Source: an uncultured Campylobacter sp. (GTDB lineage Bacteria; Campylobacterota; Campylobacteria; Campylobacterales; Campylobacteraceae). From it: DNA of 64,000 nt. The notes beneath the pieces are model-generated. The model did not search any database and was not told the DNA's origin. It worked only from the letters and a program-made list of their open reading frames with translations. Shown here piece by piece: positions 1 through 10,170 of the stretch (positions are counted from its first letter, which is position 1; each line of letters starts with the position of its first letter). The stretch spans positions 583 to 64,582 of the forward strand of contig NZ_CAUQHQ010000001.1 in the NCBI RefSeq assembly GCF_963517995.1, in the 5' to 3' direction. Both the position numbers and the translations under genes were made by a program.

Positions 1-897
1 TTTTTCGTTCATAGCGGCGTTTAGATGAGTTAGGATTTTCTTGTCGTCTATTTCTAGCGCGCCTAGGTTAGCCTCCGTCATCGTATCGAGCAAATTTGCG
101 TTCGCATTTTGCTTAATCTGCGCCAAAAACGCCATATCGGTTATCCTGACGGCTTTTGGAAAATCATAGCTTCTAGCGTTGCTAAAGCTCATTTTGCCGA
201 CCTTTATTCCTACTTTAGATATATTTTCGTAGGCGGTTTGCAAATTTACGAACGAAACTAGATCGCTAAAGCTCTTAAAATCGCTAAGCTCGATGAGCAT
301 GGATGCGTTTTCCATCGCAAATTTGCCCGAGTCGTCCATATCGCCGCCGTCAATCTTGCCGACGCCGATTTCTAGGGATTTTATCTTGTTTTCTTTGATT
401 TGGGCCTTTACAAAAGGCTTTGAGACGAAGAATTTAGAGAAACTCTCGTCTACTGTAAGGACGGCCAAAATTAGCGTCCCGTCGCGGGTTTTATCTAAAT
501 GTATTAGCACGTCGGCGCTCAAAAACTCGTCCGTGCCGAATATCTTTTTAGCTTCGGCGGCGGCTTCGGGCGTTAGAGCCTTGATATCGCTGTGCGCCTT
601 AAATCCGCTAAAAATCTCGGCAAATCCATGCTTTAGCGTGGTTTTAGCCTCAAATTTTACCGGATCTTTGCCGTCGGTTAGCTCAAACGTAAGCGTCGCG
701 CGCGAACTAAAGAGCCCCTTGTCGTACTCGTTTTGCGTCACGTTTGCTTTTAGGTCGACAAACGGCAAGCTCAAAGTTTCGCCCGTTAGCCTAGCCACGC
801 CCCTATCGTAGGACTCTTTGGCCTTAGACGAGCCGTAAAACGCGACGCCAAAAACCGCGATCAAAACGACCGCAAGCGCAAATATAACCTTTTTCAT
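1..897 (-). CDS. YdgA/DUF945-like protein, partial (runs off the left edge)
   Basis: Own translation from ATG at 897 (RBS AAGGA): MKKVIFALAVVLIAVFGVAFYGSSKAKESYD...NEYDKGLFSSRATLTF. N-terminal anchor plus YxKGLFSS motif typical of YdgA; open to base 1. Confidence 0.7.
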   Translation of the reverse strand, partial: MKKVIFALAVVLIAVFGVAFYGSSKAKESYDRGVARLTGETLSLPFVDLKANVTQNEYDKGLFSSRATLTFELTDGKDPVKFEAKTTLKHGFAEIFSGFKAHSDIKALTPEAAAEAKKIFGTDEFLSADVLIHLDKTRDGTLILAVLTVDESFSKFFVSKPFVKAQIKENKIKSLEIGVGKIDGGDMDDSGKFAMENASMLIELSDFKSFSDLVSFVNLQTAYENISKVGIKVGKMSFSNARSYDFPKAVRITDMAFLAQIKQNANANLLDTMTEANLGALEIDDKKILTHLNAAMNEK

Positions 898-917
898 TTT
901 TTTCCTTATTTTAAATT

Positions 918-1295
918 TTACTTCGTCGCCGCGATAAGTTCGATCTCGACCAAACCGCCCTTTGGCAGCGTTTTTACAGCAACCGTGCTGCGAGCGGGAT
1001 AGGGCTCGTTAAAAAACTCGGCGTAAATTTCGTTTACCGCCGCAAAGTCCGCGATATCGGCTAGAAAAATCGTCGTTTTTACCGCGTTTTCAAAGCTAAG
1101 CCCCGCTTCGCTCAAAATCGCTTGCAAATTTTGAAGCGATCTTTGCGCCTGCGATTTTACGTCCGCGCCCGCAAATTCGCCGCTAGGAGTCACGCCTAGC
1201 TGCCCGGAAATAAATAAAAATCCGTTAGCCGCGATCGCTTGCGAATACGGTCCGATCGCTTGCGGGGCGTCTTTTGTAGAGATAACCTTTTTCAT
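918..1295 (-). CDS. ridA: RidA/YjgF family enamine-imine deaminase
   Basis: APQAIGPYSQA, FISGQL, YPARSTVAVKTLPKGGLVEIE motifs. Confidence 0.93.
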   Translation of the reverse strand: MKKVISTKDAPQAIGPYSQAIAANGFLFISGQLGVTPSGEFAGADVKSQAQRSLQNLQAILSEAGLSFENAVKTTIFLADIADFAAVNEIYAEFFNEPYPARSTVAVKTLPKGGLVEIELIAATK

Positions 1296-1388
1296 TTTCG
1301 TCCTTTGTAAAAAATTTCGCGAATATTAGCAGTTTAGCGCCGAATTTGCAAATTTAGCTATAATTTCCCGTAAAAAGGCGCTAAAAAT

Positions 1389-1862
1389 ATGAAAATCACC
1401 CTTGCTCCAAACGAGTTTTTAGACGATTACGTTCTTGGCTGCGAATTTGCAAAAAACGCCGAAATCTCGGGCAACGCGTATCTGTTTTGGAGCGGCGCGA
1501 TCTGCGCTAAATTTGAAAACTCGCGCACCGTTTTTCTGCATAAAAAAAGCATCCCCGCGCGATTTTGCGAGGCGGCCGCGCGCTGCAGCGACCTAGCAGG
1601 TCTAACGCTCACGTCGGCGTTTTGCTCGTTTACGACGCTAGCGCCCTCGCATCTAGTCGCCAAAAACGGCTCCAAACTCTATCCGCTTTTTGATCTACGC
1701 GAAATTTGCGGGATAAAATTTATAAATTTAAAGAAATTTTACGACGATTTCGGACTTGACTACGGCTATAGAATTTACATCGAAAAGTGCTCGTTTTTCT
1801 CGCCCGAACCGCTTGAAAAGCGCATAAAGCTAACCGAAACGATGTGCCTGGGGTATTATTAA
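1389..1862 (+). CDS. Conserved Campylobacter-type hypothetical protein (157 aa, soluble)
   Basis: Clean ORF, host-like codons, TATAAT upstream; function not recognised. Confidence 0.7.
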   Translation: MKITLAPNEFLDDYVLGCEFAKNAEISGNAYLFWSGAICAKFENSRTVFLHKKSIPARFCEAAARCSDLAGLTLTSAFCSFTTLAPSHLVAKNGSKLYPLFDLREICGIKFINLKKFYDDFGLDYGYRIYIEKCSFFSPEPLEKRIKLTETMCLGYY

Positions 1863-2033
1863 ACCGCGAAATTTAGGCTTTTTGGCTTGCAAATTTAGCC
1901 AAATTCGGCCGTAAATCCAGACTCAAATTTAATCCGCGCCGAATAAACCGAGTTTTAGTCAAATTTTGCTGCGCCGCGCGGAGCGAAGCGATAAATTTAA
2001 AGCTAAATTTACGCGCTAAATTTAACGAGCTTC

Positions 2034-5000
2034 CTACCTTGCCGCATTTTGCTTATCTTGCTGGGTTACGGACGTGAGTTTAGAGAGGCGCTTACCGAGA
2101 AATTTTTTCGCATCGTCTACGATAGAGTAAACAGTCGGCACGAAAACGAGGCTAAGCAGCGTAGAAACGGCTAGTCCGCAAATCACGGCTACCGACATCG
2201 TCGCGCGAAACTCCGCGCCCGAGCCGCTAGCAAACACCGCAGGCGCCATGCCGGCGATCATAGCTATCGTAGTCATCACGATAGGCCGCGCCCTCTCCGC
2301 GCCCGAGCTTAGCAAAGCCTGCCTGACGCCGCTTCCGCGCAAACGCTTTTCGATGACGAAATCAACGAGCAAGATAGAGTTTTTACCCACGATAGCCATG
2401 AGCATCAAGATGCCGATGACGGCAGATAGATCAAGCGCCCCGCCGTAAAGCAGCAACCCGCCCGCCGCGCCGCCGATAGAAAGCGGAAGCGCGATAAATA
2501 TCGTAGCGGGCTGCAAAAAATCGCGAAATAGCACGACCAAAACCAGTAAAAACATCGTCACGCCAAAGCCCAGCGCGATACCAAACTGCTCAAACATCTC
2601 GCTCATATACTCGCTATCGCCGTACTCGGGCGACGAGATGCCTGAGGGCAAGTTTTTCATCGCGGGCAGCGCGTAAATTTGCTCCAAAACCTCGCCTACG
2701 GTAAATCCGGGCTGCAAATCGGCCTCGAGCGCGATCTTGCGGCGTTTATCAAACCTCTCTATGCTAGCAGCGCCTTGCAAATACGAAACTTCTGCCACGC
2801 TAGAGAGCGGCACGGCCGTCCCCGCCGCGCTTTGGACGTAAATTTTACGCAGGACTTCAAGGTCGTTTCTAGCGTCCCCATCTAGGCTAACGCGGATAGG
2901 CACTTGGCGGTCAGGCAGGTCAAATTTCGCCGACGCCGCGTCCGTGTCGCCCACGGTAGCGATACGCAGAGCCTCGGCTACGGCTTGGTGGCTCACGCCT
3001 AGCCTCGCGGCCTCTTTTTTGATTAAATTTACGCGGATTTCGGGCTTTTGCAAAGGCTCGTTTACTTGAGCGTTTTTTGCACCCGGCACGTCGCTCATTT
3101 GGGATTTTATCAGCGCGGCGGTTTTAGAGAGCGCGTCCGCGTCCTCGCCGGTTAGGATTACCGAGATATCGCGCGCGGCCATATCGTTAGCGAAGGCAAA
3201 TCTCATATCGCTAAATTTAGCCAGCTCCGCCCGCAGCTCGTCTTCAAACCGCTTTTGCGTAGCGCCCCGCTGCTTGTGCGGTTTTAGCGTGATTAGCAGC
3301 TCGCCCTTGTGCGTTTCGCCGCCGCCTCCGGCTATAGCAAAAACCGACAGAACGGCCGGATTTTGCTTAACGACGCGGGTTAAATTTAGCAGCCTCTCAT
3401 CGGTCTGCTCTAGCGTAGAGCCGGGAGCTAGCGTGATATTTACGCTGCTTCTGCCAGAATCGCTTTGAGGCAAAAATCCCGTCGGCAAAAGCGGAATGAG
3501 CACAAAAGATCCCAGCAGCAGCAAAAAGCCGATAAAAAGCGTAAATTTACGGTGATCTAGCGTGAAATTTAGCAAATTTAGATAGGCGGCCTTTAGCTTG
3601 TCCGCTTCGCGCTCCTCTTTGGCCTCGGGTTTTAGGACGTAGGCCGCTAGCAGCGGAGTAGCTAGGCGCGCTACTAAAAGCGAAGCCAAAACCGCCGCCG
3701 CGACGGTTATGCCAAACTGCCTAAAGTACTGCCCGATGCCCCCGCCGATAAAGCTAACGGGCAAAAATATCGCCACTATCGTTAGCGTAATAGCAACCAC
3801 CGCAAAGCCGATACCGTCAGCCGCGTCGATGGCGGCTTGATACGGGCGCTTGCCTAGGGCTAGGTGTTTTTTGATATTTTCTATCTCCACGATCGCGTCG
3901 TCTACGAGTATGCCGATAACTAGCATTAAAGCTAGCAGCGTGATGCCGTTTAGCGTGTAGTCCAGCAGATAAAGCGCCGCAAACGTCGGCAAGATCGAAA
4001 GAGGCAGCGACACGGCCGCCACCAGCGTCGCTCTCGCGTCTCGCAAGAAAACAAACACGACCAAAACCGTCAGTATCGCGCCCTCGGCTAGCATCCAGAT
4101 CGTTTGGTCGTAGCTTTGCTTAGTCTCGTTCGCCGAGGTGTATATCTCGTCTATCTTTACTTCCGCATGCTCTGCGGTAAATTTAGCCAGCTCCTCCTCG
4201 ATCTTTTGCATCACGACCGTGTCGCTGGCGCCTTTTGAGCGCGAGACGCTAAATCCCGCCGTCTCCAGCCCGTCCATCCTAGAGCGCGACCTAACCTCGG
4301 CGTGCGAGTCCTCTACGCGAGCGATATCGCCCAGACGGACGCTACCGCCGCCCTCTAGTCGGATGGGGGTGTCTGCTAGCTCCTCGATACTCTTTGCGCC
4401 GCCCGTTACGCGCAGGCTGTTTTCCGCGCCGTCTAAAACGGTCCTGCCCGCGGGCAAATCGGCGTTATTTTGCGCGAGCTGCTTGTTAATATAAGCCGCG
4501 TCTATCTTTAGCGAGCTAAGCGCAGCGGGGTCTAAAAGCACCCTAATCTCGCGCGTAACGCCGCCTAGGCGCTTTACTTGTTGCACGCCCGGGATCGCTA
4601 GCAGCCGCCTTTTTATCTCGTTATCTATCAGGCGCGATATCTCGCTTTGGTCTAAATTTACGCTTCCTACCGAATAAAACGCGAGCACCCCGCCCTCGAC
4701 GTCCACGCGCTCTACTAGCGGCGTATCGATGTCGGCGGGCAGTTCGTCTCTGATCTGCGAGATAGCGTTTCGCACGTCGTTTACGGCCCTATCGACGTCC
4801 GTCTCGATAGCAAACTCCACCGTCGTAGCCGAGCTGCCCTCGGAGATCGTAGAGCTAACGTGCCTCACGTCCGCCAGCCCGCTCACGGCGTCTTCTATGC
4901 GCCTAGTAGTCGAGCTTTCCAGCTGAGTAGGCGACGCGCCGGTCTGCGTGACCGTGACGCTAACGATAGGAAAATTTACGTTTGGGTTTGCGTTTATCGG

Positions 5001-5096
5001 TAGGCGCAGAAACGACGCTACGCCGCCTAAGCTAAGCGCGATAAAAAGCACGATAATCGGGATAGGATGACGGATCGCCCAAGACGAAATTTTCAC
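2034..5096 (-). CDS. RND efflux transporter permease (AcrB/AcrD/AcrF family)
   Basis: 1020 aa; GILVDDAIV (TM4), KNSILLVDF, RARPIVMTT motifs. Confidence 0.95.
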   Translation of the reverse strand: MKISSWAIRHPIPIIVLFIALSLGGVASFLRLPINANPNVNFPIVSVTVTQTGASPTQLESSTTRRIEDAVSGLADVRHVSSTISEGSSATTVEFAIETDVDRAVNDVRNAISQIRDELPADIDTPLVERVDVEGGVLAFYSVGSVNLDQSEISRLIDNEIKRRLLAIPGVQQVKRLGGVTREIRVLLDPAALSSLKIDAAYINKQLAQNNADLPAGRTVLDGAENSLRVTGGAKSIEELADTPIRLEGGGSVRLGDIARVEDSHAEVRSRSRMDGLETAGFSVSRSKGASDTVVMQKIEEELAKFTAEHAEVKIDEIYTSANETKQSYDQTIWMLAEGAILTVLVVFVFLRDARATLVAAVSLPLSILPTFAALYLLDYTLNGITLLALMLVIGILVDDAIVEIENIKKHLALGKRPYQAAIDAADGIGFAVVAITLTIVAIFLPVSFIGGGIGQYFRQFGITVAAAVLASLLVARLATPLLAAYVLKPEAKEEREADKLKAAYLNLLNFTLDHRKFTLFIGFLLLLGSFVLIPLLPTGFLPQSDSGRSSVNITLAPGSTLEQTDERLLNLTRVVKQNPAVLSVFAIAGGGGETHKGELLITLKPHKQRGATQKRFEDELRAELAKFSDMRFAFANDMAARDISVILTGEDADALSKTAALIKSQMSDVPGAKNAQVNEPLQKPEIRVNLIKKEAARLGVSHQAVAEALRIATVGDTDAASAKFDLPDRQVPIRVSLDGDARNDLEVLRKIYVQSAAGTAVPLSSVAEVSYLQGAASIERFDKRRKIALEADLQPGFTVGEVLEQIYALPAMKNLPSGISSPEYGDSEYMSEMFEQFGIALGFGVTMFLLVLVVLFRDFLQPATIFIALPLSIGGAAGGLLLYGGALDLSAVIGILMLMAIVGKNSILLVDFVIEKRLRGSGVRQALLSSGAERARPIVMTTIAMIAGMAPAVFASGSGAEFRATMSVAVICGLAVSTLLSLVFVPTVYSIVDDAKKFLGKRLSKLTSVTQQDKQNAAR

Positions 5097-6340
5097 TCCG
5101 CGCCCCTTTGCGCCGCTTCGCCGTCATTTACCAGCGCGGCGGCTTTTAGCGCGACCTCATCGTCCTCGCTAACGCCCGAAATCACCTGCACTAGCCCGTT
5201 TGCTCTAAGTCCGGTTTGGATTTTTCGCTTCTGCGCCTTGCCGTTTTTTATTATCGTCGCAAACGCGCCCGCCTCCGTAAACGAAACCGCCTGCGCGGGC
5301 AGCGCTAACGCGCTCAATTCGGGCAGGTCGATGACAATCTTGGCGTACGAACCGATAAATTTAGCCCCGCCGTCTAGCGAAATTTTGACCTTACCTAGGC
5401 GCGAGCTCGTATCCACGCTAACAGGCACCAGCCGCACCTTGCCGTTTACCGCCTCTTTTACGCCGTAAATTTGAGCCTGCGCGCTCATACCGACTTTTAT
5501 CTGCGCTAGCTCGGCTGCGTCCGCGTCCGCAGATAGCTCGATGACGCCGTCTTTTGCGATGTTAAACAAAGCCTCGCCGCTAGTTAGCGCGCCGATTTGG
5601 GCTTTTTTGGCCGTTATTACACCGCTAACGGGCGCTATCACGCTAGCCTTTGTCAGCTGATCTTTAGCCTCTGCGATCTGCGCTTCTATCTGCGAAATTT
5701 GGGCTTTTGCAGAGTTTAGATTCGCTCTGGCGCTTGCTTCTTTTGCGTTTGCTTGTTCGAGTTCTTGCGAGCTGATCGCCTTTTTTGCCGCCAAGTCTTT
5801 AGCTCGCTTTAGCGCGGAGCTAGCCTCGCTAAAAGCTGCCTTGGCGGAGTTTAAATTTTGCTTTGCGGCTTCAAGCGCGGCGGTTTGCTGGTCAAATTTC
5901 GCTTTTAGGCCGGCACTATCTAGCAGGGCTAAAATTTGCCCCCTTTGCACGTTTTCGCCCACTTCGGCTAAGATCTGGGCGATTTGTTGGCCTTGCAGCG
6001 CCGAACCTGCGGCAACGTCGTCTTTAGCAACTAGCTCGCCGTGCAAATTTAGCTTTGGGCTAAATTTTGCGACCTTGGGCGAGACGACCGTGAGCTTTAT
6101 GGCTTCGTCGTTTTGATTTTGTCTAGCGTCCGAATTTTTGTCATCTTGGCCGACGTTTGTTTCGCTAGCGTCGCCGTCTTTTACGTCCGCTTGAGCCGTT
6201 TTATACTCGGACGCGTTTTGCTTGTTTTGCGGCGGCGTTTCTTGCGCCGATTTATTTTCCTGCGCCGCCGTCGTTTGCTGCGCGGTCAAAACCAGCGCAA
6301 ACGATAAAAAACACGCCTTTAAAATTTTGCCGAATTTCAT
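5093..6340 (-). CDS. RND efflux periplasmic adaptor (membrane fusion protein)
   Basis: Lipoyl halves (VGENVQRGQILA; APVSGVI) around a coiled coil; overlaps RND start by 4 nt; ATG 6340 chosen for its AAGGG RBS (track ORF starts at 6376). Confidence 0.92.
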   Translation of the reverse strand: MKFGKILKACFLSFALVLTAQQTTAAQENKSAQETPPQNKQNASEYKTAQADVKDGDASETNVGQDDKNSDARQNQNDEAIKLTVVSPKVAKFSPKLNLHGELVAKDDVAAGSALQGQQIAQILAEVGENVQRGQILALLDSAGLKAKFDQQTAALEAAKQNLNSAKAAFSEASSALKRAKDLAAKKAISSQELEQANAKEASARANLNSAKAQISQIEAQIAEAKDQLTKASVIAPVSGVITAKKAQIGALTSGEALFNIAKDGVIELSADADAAELAQIKVGMSAQAQIYGVKEAVNGKVRLVPVSVDTSSRLGKVKISLDGGAKFIGSYAKIVIDLPELSALALPAQAVSFTEAGAFATIIKNGKAQKRKIQTGLRANGLVQVISGVSEDDEVALKAAALVNDGEAAQRGAE

Positions 6341-6386
6341 AAAAATTCCCTTGAAATTAGTCTTAAAATTTATCATATTAGCAAAA

Positions 6387-6411
6387 TTTAGGACTAAAAG
6401 TCAATCCTAAA
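6387..6411. promoter_or_regulatory. Putative MarR-family operator
   Basis: Inverted repeat TTTAGGA-ctaaaagtcaa-TCCTAAA between divergent MFP and marR-type genes. Confidence 0.45.
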
Positions 6412-6468
6412 ACCTTGAAAATATTTTGGGATTTTACTAAAATTCGCGCAAAATAAAAAAGGAAAACG

Positions 6469-6915
6469 ATGTATAACTTTGACGACCTAGGCAAAAAAAT
6501 CAGCGAGATTGACGAGCGTATAGACGCGCTGATCGCTAAAACCGGGCTTAGCTACAGCGAATTTGCAGTGCTTTATACGCTAGCAAAAGACGGCCGCTCG
6601 ACGCAAAAAAAGATCAGCAAGGAGTGGCTCATACCCAAGCAAACGGTTTTTAACGTCTGCAAGGATTTTCGCCAAAAAGGGCTAGTGCAGCCAAGCGAGC
6701 AAAGCACTGATAAAAGGGAGCGTGCGATGAGCCTCACGCAAAAAGGACGCGACGCGGCAGACCCTATCGTACGCGCTAGCGATGAGCTGGGCGAGCGGGT
6801 ATTTGCTAGGCTCGGCGAAAAAAATACCCAGAAGCTATTTTCGCTGCTGACGCGCTTTTGCGAGATTTGCGACGACGAGATCAAAGACGCGTCTAATCTC
6901 AAGACCAAAATTTAA
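6469..6915 (+). CDS. MarR family transcriptional regulator
   Basis: GLSYSEFAVL, wHTH, DKRERAMSLTQKG; divergent from the efflux genes. Confidence 0.92.
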   Translation: MYNFDDLGKKISEIDERIDALIAKTGLSYSEFAVLYTLAKDGRSTQKKISKEWLIPKQTVFNVCKDFRQKGLVQPSEQSTDKRERAMSLTQKGRDAADPIVRASDELGERVFARLGEKNTQKLFSLLTRFCEICDDEIKDASNLKTKI

Positions 6916-7872
6916 ATTTACCGACTTTAAATTTTTTATGCTCTTTTAATTTCAGCAAAAATCGCGGCTTAAATTTAGCAAATATTTTTGCCGCAAAGCG
7001 CGGATTTGACGGCAAAACGCGCAAAATTTATCCAAAGCGCCGCGGTAAATTTAATATAAATTTATATGGGCAAGCACGAAATCGTAGGCTTTTGCCAAAA
7101 AACTTGCAAATTTGGCGACAAACCGTGTGCAGACCAAAAGCTAACGGTAAGCCTCGCGCAAAATACTCTAGCCGAACGCGCTGCGTCCTAACGATATTTA
7201 TCTTGCCGACTTTTTGGCGCTATCCGCTTTCTCCGGTTTGCCGCTTTTGCGCTACACGGTTTAAATTTAGGCTTCAATCGCGCGTTTGACAGCTTAAATT
7301 TTACAAATTTCGCCTGGCAAATTTATCAAAAAGCCGTCTTGTTAAATCCTACGCTTAAATTTTGTTGCTGACCAAACGAAATTTACCTAAATTTAGAAAA
7401 AACACTTACAAACACAAACCGCCGCTAAATTTACTCGACAACGGCGCAAGCGACGCTACTTTGATTTAGCATTTACAGCTCATAAAATCGTCAAAATTTA
7501 GCCCAAGAGTGCGCTAGCGTATATTTTTACTGCGGGTTGCCTTATTTTATCCAAAAGGCGCGGGTAAATTTAAACCGCCGAATTTTGATGCGTCGCGTCT
7601 GGCAGCCTACTGATTTAAAGCCTTGTTCGCAGGCCGATTTTCCGACGGCTTAAATAAAATTTGTCAAGCCCTAGCCTAGACATTGCCGTTTTAACGGCGG
7701 CGACCGTCAAATTTATCCGTAAGTGGCGAAATTTAACTTTCGTAACATTTTGTAAATTTATTTACGTTTTTACTCACTTTGTATAGATTTTTGTAACTTA
7801 AATTTCAAAATTAATCAGAAAATATAATACAAAGCTCTATAATCGGTAAATTTAAAACCGAAAGGAGAAAAA

Positions 7873-8925
7873 ATGAAACTATTTTCAGCGCTGGCTCTGT
7901 GCGCGGCGATGGCGTTTAGCGCGCAGGCTGCGGGAAAATACAAGATCAAGCTCGCCTCCACCTACGAGAGCAACGTGCCCGTACTAGGCGATGCTCCGAA
8001 AAAATTTAAAGAGCTCGTAGAAAAGATGAGTGACGGCCGTATCGAGGTTCGCGTCGACTATCCGTCCAAGCACAAGGCGGCGTTTGCGCTGCTTGATATG
8101 GTAAAAAGCGCCCAGTACGACGCGGCTTTCACCGCGAGCTACTTTTATAAGGGCAAGGACGCCAAGCTCATGCTCTTTACAACCGTGCCTTTTGGTATGA
8201 ACAAGGCCGAGCAGGACGCATGGTACGCGTACGGCGGCGGCAAGGAGCTAGCGCAAAAGGTTTTTGGCGAGCAGGGCATCGTGACCTTTCACGGCGGAAA
8301 TTTCGGTATGCAAATGGGCGGCTGGTTTAAAAAAGAGATCAAAAGTACGAACGATCTAAAGGGACTAAAACTGCGCATGGCCGGGCTTGGCGGCGAGATA
8401 ATGGCAAAACTGGGAGCTAGCATCAACACGATCCCGATCGGCGAGCTATACATGGCGATGGAGATGAACACGATCGACGCCGTAGAGTGGGTCTGTCCTG
8501 CGATCGATATAAATTTCGGCTTTCAAAAGGTGGCTAAATTTTACTACACGGGCTGGCAGGAGCCCGCGAGCGAAAACGAATTCTACATCAACAAAAAGCT
8601 CTGGGACAAGCTACCCGCCGACCTCCAAGCTATCGTAGAGACCGCGACCAAGGCCGTAGCGACCGATGTCTACGAGTCGGCGGTCTATCAAAACTCGCTA
8701 GTCCTTGATAAAATCAAAAGCGAGCACCCGGACGTGAAAATCGCCTCGTTTCCGCCCGAGATCATCGCTGCGCTGCGCAAAGCCACGGATGAGATCCTAG
8801 ACGAGCTCTCGGCCAAAGACGCGACATTTAAGGAAATTTTGGACTCGCAAAAAGCATTTATGAAAAAGGCTAGGGTCTGGACGCAGATCTCCGAAAACAG
8901 CTACATAAACAGTACTACGGAGTGA
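7873..8925 (+). CDS. TRAP transporter substrate-binding protein (DctP/TakP-like)
   Basis: Signal peptide; MSDGRIEV, QMGGWFKKEI, LKGLKLRMAG, YYTGWQEP. Confidence 0.9.
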   Translation: MKLFSALALCAAMAFSAQAAGKYKIKLASTYESNVPVLGDAPKKFKELVEKMSDGRIEVRVDYPSKHKAAFALLDMVKSAQYDAAFTASYFYKGKDAKLMLFTTVPFGMNKAEQDAWYAYGGGKELAQKVFGEQGIVTFHGGNFGMQMGGWFKKEIKSTNDLKGLKLRMAGLGGEIMAKLGASINTIPIGELYMAMEMNTIDAVEWVCPAIDINFGFQKVAKFYYTGWQEPASENEFYINKKLWDKLPADLQAIVETATKAVATDVYESAVYQNSLVLDKIKSEHPDVKIASFPPEIIAALRKATDEILDELSAKDATFKEILDSQKAFMKKARVWTQISENSYINSTTE

Positions 8926-9051
8926 TCTCTGCTAAATTTAACGAGCCGTACGAGTAAAATGACGGCTCGAAGGCTGGTGCAAATTTGAGATTAAATTTGA
9001 ACTGAAATTTGGTTTGAAGTTAAATTTAAATAATTACAAAAACAACTCGGA

Positions 9052-9630
9052 CTATTCTTTTATATCTCTTGTTTCAATGATGTATTCAAAGTATTTTACT
9101 CTATCTTTTGTCATATCTAGTTCACACTGCGCTATCATGTTCAATTCTATTAGCGACGGCGGATAGTCTCCTCCACCCATCTCCTCCCTAATATTCATGC
9201 AGCCTTCTTTCATTTTCAACCATACTCTCTGCGCTGCAATAAAATCGTTTTTACTAGGCTCTTTTGCTGCCAGCTTTGACTTATCGTTAGTAAACCTTTG
9301 CAATACGCTCTTATATTTTATGTTTAAAACTTTATCGTAAATACTCATTTCAAAATCAGTGCAGTTTGCCAGCTGCCCAAAATGACCTTTATCGGATGCT
9401 TCCTGGCAGTCACGATTTATTTTCTCACTTATTATGTCACCATAATTCCATTCAAATTTTACATAATCAAGTGACGAGCCTTGCGTCGTGAGATCGGCCT
9501 GTATACATCCAATAACTTGGTCGGTAGTTTGAGAGTTCATTATACATTTTTTCGTATTTTCAGAGACATAGTCCGATCCTCCGCCGTATACCGTGACGGC
9601 GACAACAAGTGGTAAAAGTAGCTTTTTCAT
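9052..9630 (-). CDS. Secreted LprI/DUF1311-like (lysozyme-inhibitor family) protein
   Basis: Signal peptide; C...DKVLNIKYK...AQRVWLK..EGC...C.LDMTKDRVK pattern; AT-rich, atypical codons. Confidence 0.7.
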   Translation of the reverse strand: MKKLLLPLVVAVTVYGGGSDYVSENTKKCIMNSQTTDQVIGCIQADLTTQGSSLDYVKFEWNYGDIISEKINRDCQEASDKGHFGQLANCTDFEMSIYDKVLNIKYKSVLQRFTNDKSKLAAKEPSKNDFIAAQRVWLKMKEGCMNIREEMGGGDYPPSLIELNMIAQCELDMTKDRVKYFEYIIETRDIKE

Positions 9631-9774
9631 ACGTTTTCCTTTAATTAGAATTGAGTGCTCATTATACGAAATTTTACTTTAAATTTACGTATTTTACCCC
9701 ATATTTTTTACCTTCCAGCCCAAAATATACAATCTCAAATATTTATTTCACATTCGCATACTTCAAACAATGTT

Positions 9775-10062
9775 ATATACGAATCGGATCTAGACCTCAA
9801 CCCTTTTATAGGCTCGCACGAGATTGACGAGCTCAAAAACTTTAGCGCAAAAGCAGTCTCGGAGAATGAAGTACGAGTAAAATTTGAGTTATTCGGCGAA
9901 AAACGGGACGTGACTTTGCGCCTAATCTGCGATAAAGATTGCCTATTTGGCGACGTAAAGCTTAGTGACGTAGGCTCGCTAAAGGCTAAGATTAAAAAAT
10001 CTTTGAAAAAGCGTATCCGAGTAATTACGGCAAAATTTTTAAAGACTAAGCATAAAATTTGA
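9775..10062 (+). pseudogene. Probable 3' remnant of a DUF3828-like exported protein
   Basis: DLNPFIGSHEID...VRVKFELFGEKRDVTLRLICDKDCLFGDV...GSLK resembles DUF3828 C-termini; no credible start, RBS or signal peptide. Confidence 0.4.
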
Positions 10063-10170
10063 GAATTTTTGCGCCGTTTGGTTTCAAATTTGCCCGTTTT
10101 TCAAACGGCGCGCAAACCAAAAGCGGCGCGCAGATAAGCCGCGAGCTAGCTATAACCCGCGCCGATAAAT

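Noticed and set aside
293..811. 172-aa plus-strand ORF and the many similar antisense ORFs in the track
   Set aside because: They are shadows of real genes on the opposite strand (here the YdgA-like gene); no RBS or recognisable motifs.
2034..6915. RND locus lacking an outer-membrane factor
   Set aside because: Common arrangement; a TolC-like channel is usually shared from elsewhere.
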